A DNA stretch of 62,547 bases, the filler included. It is 6 parts of 6 records of this genome, joined end to end, with 100 filler letters (N's around TTAATTAATTAA, not from the genome) between each part and the next. Parts side by side here need not be neighbours in the genome. Positions count along the whole stretch, not along the records: positions 27,181 to 38,578 come from SRR22947725_1448; positions 38,679 to 49,286 come from SRR22947725_1460; 4 more parts are not named here. The stretch is one strand, 5' to 3'. The translations under genes and the position numbers were made by a program. The notes under the pieces were generated by a model, which was not told the origin of the DNA, did not search any database, and was given only the letters and a program-made list of their open reading frames with translations. Shown in pieces: positions 29,032-38,680 of this stretch. Numbering within the stretch: the stretch's first letter is position 1; each line of letters opens with the position of its first letter.

Positions 29032-30213
29032 GTGAATATGAGTTTGACTTTGTCATCATTTCAACAACGAAATACACGCATCTTAGTTTTTATATTGGTA
29101 TTTAGCTTTATTGGCATAACGCTTTGGAATACAAATATTCTAATTCAACGAATTGAAAAAGATGAACAAAAACAAATGGAGCTTTGGGGATTAGCTCAAC
29201 AGCAAATTGCCGCTAACAGCGACCTCAATCAGCCTATTGACCCACTTACTTTTGAGGTACTGACTACTGAAAATTCTATTCCTATGATTGTTGTGGATAG
29301 TGAAAAAAAGCTGTTGTTTTCCAACAATATTGAGTCGCGAAAACTAGCACAAGACTCCATTGGATATATCGAATTATTGATTGATGAGTTTAGTAGCATT
29401 CACGCTCCTATCGAAATCATGTACAAAGACAGCCTGTATCAAAAAATGTATTATGGTAACTCAAAAATCATCAATCAACTGCGTTACTATCCCATCGCAT
29501 TTTTCTTGATAATAGCCTTTTTGATTGGTTTATTAATTGCCTATTACAGAAGTTCACTATTGGTTGTAGAAAATAAGTTATGGACTGGAATGGCCAAAGA
29601 GACTGCACATCAATTGGGTACCCCCATCTCTTCCCTTTTAGGGTGGCTAACGATTTTAGAGCAACAAGAAGTCGAAGAAAAAATATTGGCGCAAATTAAA
29701 AATGATATTAAACGACTTGAAATTATTAGTGCTCGCTTTTCAAAGATTGGTTCGCTTCCACAACGTGAATCTGCTAACCTCAGTGATGTTATAGGAGATC
29801 TAATCAGTTATATGCAAATTCGGATGCCAAAAAAAATCTTGCTTTCTTTTGAAGAAATAGGTCGGGCAAAGCCAATAGAAATCAATACAGAACTTATTGC
29901 ATGGGTGCTCGAAAATTTAATTAAAAATAGTATTGACGCCATCCGTGGAAAAGGAGATATTCGTGTTGTTTTGAACTGGAGTAATAACGCAAGTATTGTT
30001 ATATATGATACAGGAAGTGGAATCCCAAAAAAACTTCAAAAGAAGGTGTTTAATCCAGGTGAAACGACAAAAAAAAGAGGCTGGGGACTTGGCCTATCAT
30101 TGGCAAAACGCATTGTGGAGCAATACCATGAAGGGGCTTTAATATTAAAAGAAAGTTCTAGCGAAGGAACTACTTTCGAAATTCAACTCCCTATTACACA
30201 AAAGCGGCATTGA
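29032..30213 (+). CDS. Membrane sensor histidine kinase
   Basis: Two TMs, ETAHQLGTP H-box, ENLIKNSIDA N-box, DTGSG, GWGLGL. Confidence 0.92.
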   Translation: MNMSLTLSSFQQRNTRILVFILVFSFIGITLWNTNILIQRIEKDEQKQMELWGLAQQQIAANSDLNQPIDPLTFEVLTTENSIPMIVVDSEKKLLFSNNIESRKLAQDSIGYIELLIDEFSSIHAPIEIMYKDSLYQKMYYGNSKIINQLRYYPIAFFLIIAFLIGLLIAYYRSSLLVVENKLWTGMAKETAHQLGTPISSLLGWLTILEQQEVEEKILAQIKNDIKRLEIISARFSKIGSLPQRESANLSDVIGDLISYMQIRMPKKILLSFEEIGRAKPIEINTELIAWVLENLIKNSIDAIRGKGDIRVVLNWSNNASIVIYDTGSGIPKKLQKKVFNPGETTKKRGWGLGLSLAKRIVEQYHEGALILKESSSEGTTFEIQLPITQKRH

Positions 30214-30586
30214 TTTTCTTGGCCATAGCATTCATTTCATCATCAGTTAGCTGAACTTTTTTCTGAAAGCTTGCATCAGCCATTTCGTTAAGTGGAATAA
30301 GGTGTACATGAACGTGAGGAACTTCCAATCCAATAACGCTAAGCCCAACGCGTTTACACGAAATAGTTTGTCTAAGTGCGTTGGCAACACGCTTGCTAAA
30401 CTGCATTAGCTCAATATAGGCTTCGTTGTCTAAATCAAACAACTTATCGATTTCCTTTTTGGGCACACACAGTGTATGACCGGGTGCATTAGGATTAATA
30501 TCTAAAAAGGCGATATGATCCGTATCCTCAGCTACAATATATGCTGGTATTTCATGGGCGATAATACTACTAAATAGAGAGGCCAT
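30194..30586 (-). CDS. HIT family protein
   Basis: AFLDINP, GHTLCVPK, VPHVHVHLIP histidine triad. Confidence 0.95.
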   Translation of the reverse strand: MASLFSSIIAHEIPAYIVAEDTDHIAFLDINPNAPGHTLCVPKKEIDKLFDLDNEAYIELMQFSKRVANALRQTISCKRVGLSVIGLEVPHVHVHLIPLNEMADASFQKKVQLTDDEMNAMAKKINAAFV

Positions 30587-31059
30587 TAGCGGCTGATAGA
30601 AAGTATCTCGAATTTTAAGAATCCGTTAGGGACGGTTACCTCAGCAATCTCTCCAACAGATTTACCTAAAAGTCCTTTACCAATAGGAGAGTTTACAGAA
30701 ATTTTTCCAGCCTTAAGATTGGCTTCACTTTCTGCTACGAGCGTGTAATCCATCTCCATATTATTGTTGAGATTTTTTATACGCACTTTGGAAAGCACCA
30801 ATGCCTTTGAAACATCCAGTTGTGATTCGTCAATGACTCGAGCGCCAGCAAGAATTTCCTCCATTTTGGAAATCTTCATTTCGAGCATTCCTTGGGCTTC
30901 TTTTGCGGCATCGTACTCTGCGTTTTCACTTAAGTCACCTTTGTCACGCGCTTCTCCAATTGCTTGTGATGCACGCGGACGCTCGACATCTTTCAATTGA
31001 TTGAGCTCTTCTCGTAATTTTTTTAGCCCTTCGGCTGTATAGTATGAAACTGTACTCAT
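30586..31059 (-). CDS. greA: Transcription elongation factor GreA
   Basis: GDLSENAEYDAAKE, ISVNSPIGKGLLGK. Confidence 0.97.
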   Translation of the reverse strand: MSTVSYYTAEGLKKLREELNQLKDVERPRASQAIGEARDKGDLSENAEYDAAKEAQGMLEMKISKMEEILAGARVIDESQLDVSKALVLSKVRIKNLNNNMEMDYTLVAESEANLKAGKISVNSPIGKGLLGKSVGEIAEVTVPNGFLKFEILSISR

Positions 31060-31071
31060 TGGGGTATAGTT

Positions 31072-31113
31072 AAAAAAAAACCCTTAATTTTAAAAAGGGA
31101 CAATACAAATATA
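31072..31113 (-). promoter_or_regulatory. greA promoter -7 element followed by a leader hairpin and U9 tract
   Basis: TATATTTG (31113-31106), then CCCTT-9nt-AAGGG and T9 on the minus strand. Confidence 0.5.
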
Positions 31114-31143
31114 CAATTTTCATTTTTCTTGCGTTATAATACG

Positions 31144-31557
31144 ATGAAATACGGGTTTATCTTTGCAGTTTTTTTTCTTTTGGGCTGTTCAGAAAACAGC
31201 GTAGAGCGTAATCCGCATCTCTTTGAAACACGATTTGACCAAAGTATCAATCTTGCGCTTCCTGCATTTGATAATTTGAATTTTCAAGGGGGGAGTATGT
31301 ATTGGCCTAATGGTGGAATTAAAGGCTTGTTACTCTTTAATTTGGCTGGCACCATTATGGCTTGGGAGGCGAGTTGTCCCAACCACACCCCTAGCAGTTG
31401 CTCCACAACACAGCTAAATGGCGTTACTGCATTTTGTCCCTGTGAAGATTACCAATACAGTTTGGCTACTGGCCAACCCCTTACTGAAGGAGCAACCTAC
31501 AGCCTGTTGTTTTATAAAGTACAACAAAACGGAACTACCGTTCGTATTTACAATTAA
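31144..31557 (+). CDS. Lipoprotein with Rieske-like Cys/His cluster
   Basis: Lipobox LLGC; ASCPNH...C...FCPCE..YSLATG; ATG 31144 preferred. Confidence 0.75.
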   Translation: MKYGFIFAVFFLLGCSENSVERNPHLFETRFDQSINLALPAFDNLNFQGGSMYWPNGGIKGLLLFNLAGTIMAWEASCPNHTPSSCSTTQLNGVTAFCPCEDYQYSLATGQPLTEGATYSLLFYKVQQNGTTVRIYN

Positions 31558-33761
31558 AACTTTAGCGTTATTCCTGCCATAAAATGACGGCCTGCCTGTG
31601 GGTAATAACCAACACCTTCAATCGTTGTCAATGATCCAGGGGAACTCCAATCATCATCATAAGTATAAAAATAGCCGTTAGCGCTGTATAGTTCATCAAA
31701 TATGTTATGTATGTGAAGGTTGAAATTTAATAGTGGACCATTCTCTTTTTGCAGCAGTATGGCTTGCAATTGAATGTCATGCGCCGAATAGCTATCTAAT
31801 GTGGACAACGCTGCATCTATATTACTCATGAACTGCTCACCAACATATTTACTCACAAATGAAATTGACCAATTGTCCTGGTTAAACGTTAGCTGGTTTG
31901 CTGCAATAATTGAAGGTGAAAATGCCAAGTGTGTATCACCCAATGATTGCAATACGCCATCCCGCTTAAAATATTTGTCTTTGTTTCGGTTTTTACTCCA
32001 AGAAAGGTTGGCCTGCCAGTTCCAATGAGTAGCAAAATCCCAACCGCCCTCAAGTTCAACACCCCGTCGGTAACTATCCCCTGAGTTTTCTCGAATAGGT
32101 GCACCCACAGCATCTATTGCGCCCGTTAGAACCAATTGATTTTTATAACCCATATAATATAGGTTTGCGTTTAGAAAAGCTGTTTTTGACTTCCAACGCC
32201 ATCCCAGTTCAAAATCATCTAGTTCCTCAGGAACAGGGTTTCCATTTTCATAGTCAGTTCTGTTTGGCTCCTTATGTGCCTTTGCATACGAAGTATAAAA
32301 TTGATTTTTTGCATTGAAAGTATACACCACCCCTGCTTTAGGATTAAAGAAGGTATGTGCGTCCTGAACGGAAAAAGATGCTGGCCCTGCAATTTCTCCA
32401 GAAACCCTGTAGTCTGTCCACCTAAGCTGTGCATCGACATAAAGATTCCATTGGCTTGAAAGCGTATAACCCCATTTGGCAAAAATATTACCGTCCTTCT
32501 TTTCACCTGTGTTCTCGTAAAATCGATGGTTTGGATTTGCATTTGCTGTTGTCGCCCACATAAGTTCACCAAAATGCAAGCCTTTATACATGCTGTAATA
32601 AGCGCCTGCGCTCAAACTTTGCTTTCCTTTTTGATGTTGGAACATAAGATTCGCAACATAAAAATCATTGTCTAGCCACTTGCGAACGACATTTTCAGTC
32701 GCTGTCAGGCTTTGACCATTGATTTGCAAGGCAGGTAGCTTTAAAAAAGAGTAGGAAGTAACTCCGCTAAAACTACTGTTCTGATCGTACCATAGATCAT
32801 TGAATTCTTCATAATATCCGTAACCATGGGTGTAATTTAACCCTAAGGATAATCTTGAAGAATTACTAAGTCGGTGTTCTATGTGTATTTGTGTGTGGTC
32901 TTGGTTGTAATTATCCACTTGATCCTCGTAATAGCCTTCGATATCTCCGCTTTCAGCATATTGTTCCCCAGCTACATTATAAGTTCTATTGGCAGCCAAT
33001 GTAATAGGATCAACTCCATACCACGATTGATAAGTACGCTCATGACCACCAAACGTCAATGCCTTTATCTTGGTATTGGTAGAAGTATACGTTCCTTGCA
33101 GGAAATATCCTTTCAAGTCAGAAGAAGCTCTATCAATATATCCATCAGATGAAAGTTGTGATAAGCGTCCGCTAAGTTCTAAACCACTTTTGGAAATTCC
33201 TGTAGAAAATTTGATCGTGTTTTTAAAAGTATTAAAACTACCTGCGCTAGACGAAAGTTGCGCAAATGCTTTTTGTGAAGCTTGGTCAGTACCTATATTA
33301 ATGCTGGCGCCAAACGCTGCAGCTCCGTTAGTAGAAGTCCCAACGCCACGCTGGATTTGCAAGCTTTCAACAGAAGAAGCGAAATCAGAGAGGTTAACCC
33401 AAAAAGTTCCATGCGATTCAGCATCATTATAAGCAATGCCATTAATAGTAACATTTACACGACTGGCATCGCTACCACGAACACGAATTCCAGTATATCC
33501 TACTCCTGCTCCCGCATCACTCGTGGTAACAACACTGGGCAAATAGCGCAACAAAACAGGGAGGTCTTTCCCTAAATTTTGCTTGGCTAGTGCTTCTTGG
33601 GTTATGTTTGTATACGCCATAGGCGTATTTTTATTAGCCCTAAGTGCACTTACTGTGACAGATTTTAGCGCTACTGGGGTGACTGTTAGTGTATCTATTT
33701 TAGAATTTGCTTGTTGGGCTACTAGGCCAGTTGCAAGCATTAGTGCAATAATGGTTTTCAT
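31554..33761 (-). CDS. TonB-dependent receptor, probable thiamine transporter
   Basis: Plug motif IRVRGSDASRVNVTING, C-terminal Phe; directly downstream of a TPP riboswitch. Confidence 0.9.
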   Translation of the reverse strand: MKTIIALMLATGLVAQQANSKIDTLTVTPVALKSVTVSALRANKNTPMAYTNITQEALAKQNLGKDLPVLLRYLPSVVTTSDAGAGVGYTGIRVRGSDASRVNVTINGIAYNDAESHGTFWVNLSDFASSVESLQIQRGVGTSTNGAAAFGASINIGTDQASQKAFAQLSSSAGSFNTFKNTIKFSTGISKSGLELSGRLSQLSSDGYIDRASSDLKGYFLQGTYTSTNTKIKALTFGGHERTYQSWYGVDPITLAANRTYNVAGEQYAESGDIEGYYEDQVDNYNQDHTQIHIEHRLSNSSRLSLGLNYTHGYGYYEEFNDLWYDQNSSFSGVTSYSFLKLPALQINGQSLTATENVVRKWLDNDFYVANLMFQHQKGKQSLSAGAYYSMYKGLHFGELMWATTANANPNHRFYENTGEKKDGNIFAKWGYTLSSQWNLYVDAQLRWTDYRVSGEIAGPASFSVQDAHTFFNPKAGVVYTFNAKNQFYTSYAKAHKEPNRTDYENGNPVPEELDDFELGWRWKSKTAFLNANLYYMGYKNQLVLTGAIDAVGAPIRENSGDSYRRGVELEGGWDFATHWNWQANLSWSKNRNKDKYFKRDGVLQSLGDTHLAFSPSIIAANQLTFNQDNWSISFVSKYVGEQFMSNIDAALSTLDSYSAHDIQLQAILLQKENGPLLNFNLHIHNIFDELYSANGYFYTYDDDWSSPGSLTTIEGVGYYPQAGRHFMAGITLKF

Positions 33762-33811
33762 TTGCGATAGGGCAAATAAAGGGGTATTATTTACAGTGGT
33801 TTAAGTGAAAC

Positions 33812-33880
33812 AAAATTCCTTGGCAGCATTACCTGCCCAGGTTCAACGGGTATAATCTCAGCCGTTAGGCACCCCTAGAG
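33812..33880 (-). ncRNA. TPP riboswitch
   Basis: Minus strand AGGGGTGCC..GGCTGAGATTATACCCGTTGAACCTGGGCAGGTAATGCTGCCAAGGAA matches the TPP aptamer consensus; TATATTTG promoter element just upstream. Confidence 0.95.
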
Positions 33881-33900
33881 ACAATGCAAATATAAGACTA

Positions 33901-35421
33901 TTATATGTTTTGATGCATAGGACGCAACAAATCGTTTACTGTTTTTACGGGATTAAATGTTCGAACAGGTACTTCCACAAAAACAGTATTCCAGTCGGCC
34001 ATCGCACCATTCCAAAGGCCAGGGTGCTCTAATGCCTTGATATTGTTACCATTAAAAGACTTTTTAGTGATAAAAAAACTATCTTCATCTACGAACTTTC
34101 TTAGATCATATTTCTCTCCCTTAAAATTGTGCGTGGCGCAAACAATATCAACAGGATTAAAATGTGTTCCTTTTTTAAAAGTGCTTTTTTGATGTTTATT
34201 TTCAATATGTACTTGTGCTTCTTCAACAATTTGAAGACTTTTTTCATCTCCTTTTTGGATCCAGAAAGGACCTCCTCCAGGCTCTCCTTCGTTTTTAACC
34301 ATTCCACAAACTCGAAGTGGTCGAGAAAGTTTTTGCTTTAAAAAAAGTATTAATGCATCTTCATTAAGATCATCAGGAATTTGAATATTTAATTGTTGTG
34401 TCGCAAAAGTTTTTAGCTCAATCACATCTAGAACTTTCCCAAGTTCTAGGGCGCGGCAATAATGGTAGACTTGCTCTAGAAGAGACATAAGTACTCCCCC
34501 TAACAATTTTTTATACTTTGCTGTATACAGGTGATATTTTTGCACAGAAATATTGTCAATATTACTTAGAAAAATAATTTTTTCCTTCATACTATTCAAG
34601 TTTCCAATTAGTGATCCATGACCTCCAGCCCTTAAAACAAGTTGCCCATCGACATCTCTTAATGGCGTATTATCATGCGATAATGCAATGGTGTTAGTGG
34701 TTTCTTTTTGATGCGAAAATTCAAGGTTAGTGGTAATTGAAAAAGTGGTTTGTAAAAAGGATGTACCTGCTAAAAGAGCATTATCAAATGTCATTTTTGA
34801 TTTTGGCGGAATCGTAAAATGAATATTCATTTGATCTCGATTAACAATAAACTCTTTAGATAAAAACAATTGTTCTTCGGCTGCAGTTCTCAATGTGTTT
34901 TCATAGTTATGAAAAGGTATTAGGGCTTTAGGCAATACACTATACACATCTATGACCCTTTCTATAAAACGATTCCGATAATCGGTATGCAGCTCACCAC
35001 TTTGACGCTTATTTACCGCTCCTCTAACTTGAGCATAAAAAGGAAGTTTTTCAATCCCTCCCAAAAAAACAGCGAGTTTGTAAGTTTTTTTACGATTTAA
35101 ATAGCTTCTTAGTGTGTCTTTTTCAGGATTATAGTTTTTAAAAAAATAATGAAGGAATTTAAACATTCTACTGGCCATTCCAGAGGCAGGGATAAAACGA
35201 GCAATGGTGTACTGTTGTTTATTGGATTCAAAGAACGAACTATAATTATTTATCTCTTTTTCAGTAAAAGTCAATATGCCATCGCCAATAGTAGCTGGTC
35301 TATCCAAGTGTGTGTGTGTGGCTCCTTTTTCGAGTAATGCCAACTGTTCTTTTGCCGTAATAAGTGAAATCCCTATTTCGTTGAGAGACTTCTCATCTTC
35401 ATAAGTAAACGAATGCTTCAT
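33901..35421 (-). CDS. DUF4301 family protein (UDPGP-like nucleotidyltransferase motifs)
   Basis: FIPASGMASRMF, RAGGHGSL, SNIDN, RVCGMVKNEGEPGGGPFW, FNPVD, PGLWNGAMA, FNPVKTVNDLL. Confidence 0.88.
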   Translation of the reverse strand: MKHSFTYEDEKSLNEIGISLITAKEQLALLEKGATHTHLDRPATIGDGILTFTEKEINNYSSFFESNKQQYTIARFIPASGMASRMFKFLHYFFKNYNPEKDTLRSYLNRKKTYKLAVFLGGIEKLPFYAQVRGAVNKRQSGELHTDYRNRFIERVIDVYSVLPKALIPFHNYENTLRTAAEEQLFLSKEFIVNRDQMNIHFTIPPKSKMTFDNALLAGTSFLQTTFSITTNLEFSHQKETTNTIALSHDNTPLRDVDGQLVLRAGGHGSLIGNLNSMKEKIIFLSNIDNISVQKYHLYTAKYKKLLGGVLMSLLEQVYHYCRALELGKVLDVIELKTFATQQLNIQIPDDLNEDALILFLKQKLSRPLRVCGMVKNEGEPGGGPFWIQKGDEKSLQIVEEAQVHIENKHQKSTFKKGTHFNPVDIVCATHNFKGEKYDLRKFVDEDSFFITKKSFNGNNIKALEHPGLWNGAMADWNTVFVEVPVRTFNPVKTVNDLLRPMHQNI

Positions 35422-35975
35422 ACATATTGGTTTATTTGTTCAATGACACAATTCTTTCTGGTAGTGTTTGAACCGCGTAATGTTGTGTAGGTAAGATTTC
35501 GATGCTGCAATGCTCCCTTAAATTTATCAAACATTTCTTGGCGCTGATTGGGTTTGTCACGCAAGGCATCCGCTTTCCATGGAACGTCAATATCGGTTAA
35601 AAAGTATATATCGTAGCTGTTTTTAGTATTGGCAAGAATAACACGTTCATCACACCATCCATTAAAATAAGCCTCTGCATATACTTGTGTAGAAAGCAGG
35701 GTTGTGTCGCAAAAAACAAATTTATTCGAATTTTTAATCGCTTGATTTTCAAGTTTAATTTGGCCTAAAGCAATTGGATAAATATCCTCTGGGGCACATG
35801 TTTTTCCTGTTTTTTTTAATTTTTCTTCTAAATACTCTCTTGCAAATTCGGGAACCCATTGGGTATTGTAGTGTTCAGCTAAGGCTTTTGCTAAAGTTGT
35901 TTTTCCTGTAGATTCTGGACCAAACAACACCACTTTTATAAGCGAACTAGGGTGTTGGTTAAGGTTTTCTTCCAT
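35418..35975 (-). CDS. NadR-type P-loop kinase domain protein (AAA_28)
   Basis: GPESTGKTT, VPEFAREY, FCDT, DVPWKADALRD; no NMN adenylyltransferase domain. Confidence 0.88.
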   Translation of the reverse strand: MEENLNQHPSSLIKVVLFGPESTGKTTLAKALAEHYNTQWVPEFAREYLEEKLKKTGKTCAPEDIYPIALGQIKLENQAIKNSNKFVFCDTTLLSTQVYAEAYFNGWCDERVILANTKNSYDIYFLTDIDVPWKADALRDKPNQRQEMFDKFKGALQHRNLTYTTLRGSNTTRKNCVIEQINQYV

Positions 35976-36565
35976 GACAGATATCCAAAAATTGCAATTA
36001 CAGTAAATATAAGGTATTGAAAACTTGTAAGGGTTAGTCCTTTATGAAAATAAAGTGGTACAGAAATAACATCACCAACAATCCAAAAAATCCAATGTTC
36101 AATTTTACGACGCGCCATGAGCCACATACCCACAAAAAATATTCCTGTAGTTACTGTGTCAACGTAAGCCGTCCAATTTGACCATTTTCCAGCTGACTGA
36201 TAAACTCCAAAAACAAGGAATAGCGAGGCAATAAAAATTACGAACGAGATTCTTTTTTCATTCTTAGAAGTATTGCTAATTGGTGTGGGGTGTTCATTTG
36301 ATGTCCGTGTCCATATGTACCAGCCATAAATACTCATACTAAAGTAATACCCATTAATCAACATATCGCCCAATAACTCCCATTTAAACAATAGATATAC
36401 AAAGATTCCTGTGGAAACTAAGCCTGTAGGAAACACCAATACGTGGTTTTGTTTTGCATACCAAACACTTAAAAACCCAAAAATAATCGCGATGAATTCT
36501 AACACAATATCTAAGGGCAAGTATTCGGAATATTGCCCAAAAAGAAACTCAAAAAGAGGGCTCAT
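35936..36565 (-). CDS. pnuC: PnuC-family vitamin transporter
   Basis: YGWYIW, WLMARRKIEHWIFWIVGD, GYLSW; about 7 TMs. Confidence 0.9.
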   Translation of the reverse strand: MSPLFEFLFGQYSEYLPLDIVLEFIAIIFGFLSVWYAKQNHVLVFPTGLVSTGIFVYLLFKWELLGDMLINGYYFSMSIYGWYIWTRTSNEHPTPISNTSKNEKRISFVIFIASLFLVFGVYQSAGKWSNWTAYVDTVTTGIFFVGMWLMARRKIEHWIFWIVGDVISVPLYFHKGLTLTSFQYLIFTVIAIFGYLSWKKTLTNTLVRL

Positions 36566-36809
36566 AATCACTGCGATTTGATTTAACTATTTTCATATTT
36601 AAAATGATATGTTCCGATTGCTCAAAAACCTGATGGGTGGCATTTGTGATTAGTGCCATTACGGAAGCGTATTCACCATATACTTGCGTACTTAAAGGTG
36701 TTTCCTTTATAACACATCCTGGCGCGCGAAGGATTTTGATGAAATCAATTATCGGAGGCTCAAAATCGCTTTGTAGGGGTGTTAATGTTAGTTCAACGGA
36801 TATTTCCAT
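36549..36809 (-). CDS. Thiamine-binding protein family (DUF77/YkoF-like)
   Basis: 86 aa ferredoxin-like pattern ISVELTLTPL...ETPLSTQVYGEY. Confidence 0.75.
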   Translation of the reverse strand: MEISVELTLTPLQSDFEPPIIDFIKILRAPGCVIKETPLSTQVYGEYASVMALITNATHQVFEQSEHIILNMKIVKSNRSDYEPSF

Positions 36810-36810
36810 A

Positions 36811-37425
36811 TTAATCTATTTTGATGGCTAACGCACATGAATACCCCTCCCAATAAAATAGCCAATTTTTAAGGGTTGTAGTGGTGCCATTGTGTTGTAC
36901 TATGGCCTTGGGGTTATCAGAATCCATTTCAGTTGTACGAATATCTTTTAAAAAACTCAGCCCTTTTTTACCAAATACTTTATACGCAGATTCCTTAATA
37001 CACCATTGTGATGTACGGATTCTATCAGATGCATTATCTGTAAACTCGTTGCTATGCAAAAATTTAGGTGCTATTCGATGAATTTTTGAACCTTCCTTTT
37101 CAATGTCAACACCAATTGGCCTATCGCTAAGAGCTATAGCAGAAAACTCATGTGAATGAGAAATTGAAATGAATGTCCCATCTGACAGGTGGGGTTTACC
37201 AAAAGCGTCATAAAGAAGTGCATTTGGTGTGTATCCAGCTGCCGCTAATAAGTGTCTAACGCTTAAAAATCCACGTCTGTGAATGTCCGATTTCATGCTA
37301 GTCAACCTATTGACACACAAATCGGTAAGGGCAATTCCTTCGCTAAGGAAAGCTTCATCTTCTGTAATGTGCCAAACCAAAAGATTGGTGTTTGAAGATG
37401 CCTGGTATTTTTTGTAGATGGGCAC
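36811..37425 (-). CDS. 4'-phosphopantetheinyl transferase family protein
   Basis: GKPHL, ISISHS, IGVDIE, WCIKESAYK. Confidence 0.9.
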   Translation of the reverse strand: MPIYKKYQASSNTNLLVWHITEDEAFLSEGIALTDLCVNRLTSMKSDIHRRGFLSVRHLLAAAGYTPNALLYDAFGKPHLSDGTFISISHSHEFSAIALSDRPIGVDIEKEGSKIHRIAPKFLHSNEFTDNASDRIRTSQWCIKESAYKVFGKKGLSFLKDIRTTEMDSDNPKAIVQHNGTTTTLKNWLFYWEGYSCALAIKID

Positions 37426-37474
37426 AGATGTTGTAAATTTGCTTTAAAATTGCTAAAACACCAAATATACAATT

Positions 37475-38578
37475 ATGGCTACTAAAACTACTTCGTATGT
37501 TCCATTTAAGGTTAAAGATATTTCTTTGGCTGAATGGGGAAGAAAAGAAATCGGACTTGCCGAGGCTGAAATGCCAGGGCTTATGGCGCTTCGTGAAGAA
37601 TTTGCCGAGCAACAACCGCTCAAAGGAGCGCGAATTGCAGGCTGCTTACACATGACCATTCAAACGGCAGTACTTATTGAAACCCTTACTGCGCTTGGCG
37701 CAGAGGTTACATGGAGTTCCTGTAACATTTTCTCAACACAAGACCATGCAGCAGCAGCAATTGCGGCAGCTGGAATTCCTGTGTATGCGTGGAAAGGAAT
37801 GAATGAAGAAGAATTTGACTGGTGTATTGAACAGACCTTATTTTTCGGTGCTGATCGTGAGCCATTAAATATGATTTTGGACGACGGTGGAGATCTTACC
37901 AACTTGGTATTAGACCACTACCCAGAGCTTGCCGCAGCCATCAAAGGGCTTTCTGAAGAAACTACAACTGGTGTTCACCGCTTGTACGAGCGAGTACAAA
38001 ATGGAACCCTTCCGTTACCTGCCATCAATGTAAATGACTCGGTTACCAAGTCGAAGTTTGACAATAAATACGGCTGTAAAGAATCGGCTGTTGATGCAGT
38101 CCGTCGTGCTACAGATATTATGCTTGCTGGAAAGCGTGTAGTTGTTGCTGGATACGGCGATGTTGGAAAAGGAACCGTTGCCTCCTTCCAAGGGGCGGGT
38201 GCTATTGTTACCGTTACCGAGATCGATCCTATTTGTGCGCTTCAAGCATCTATGGATGGTTTTGAAGTTAAAAAACTAGATACGGTTATTGGAAATGCTG
38301 ATATCATTGTAACAGCCACAGGAAACAAGGACATTGTTGCTGAACGTCATTTCCGTGCGATGAAAGACAAAGCTATTGTTTGTAACATTGGCCACTTTGA
38401 CAATGAAATTGACATAACGTGGTTAAATGACAACTACGGCAGTACAAAGGATGAAATTAAACCTCAAGTAGATAAATATACTATTGAAGGCAAAGACATT
38501 ATTGTTTTAGCCGAGGGCCGTTTGGTGAATCTAGGTTGTGCTACGGGCCACCCTAGTTTTGTGATGAGTAACTCATTT
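37475..38578 (+). CDS. ahcY: Adenosylhomocysteinase (3'-truncated)
   Basis: [50 protein letters not shown]. Confidence 0.97.
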
Positions 38579-38678
38579 NNNNNNNNNNNNNNNNNNNNNN
38601 NNNNNNNNNNNNNNNNNNNNNNTTAATTAATTAANNNNNNNNNNNNNNNNNNNNNNNNNNNNNNNNNNNNNNNNNNNN
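38579..38678. other. Artificial contig spacer 3
   Basis: N44-TTAATTAATTAA-N44. Confidence 0.97.
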
Positions 38679-38680
38679 AG

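Noticed and set aside
29032-30213. Orphan histidine kinase as a novel signalling system
   Set aside because: Ordinary kinase motifs; unlinked response regulators are common in Bacteroidetes
31801-33804. Cluster of short ORFs overlapping the TonB receptor
   Set aside because: Antisense or off-frame shadows of a well-supported gene, with no motifs
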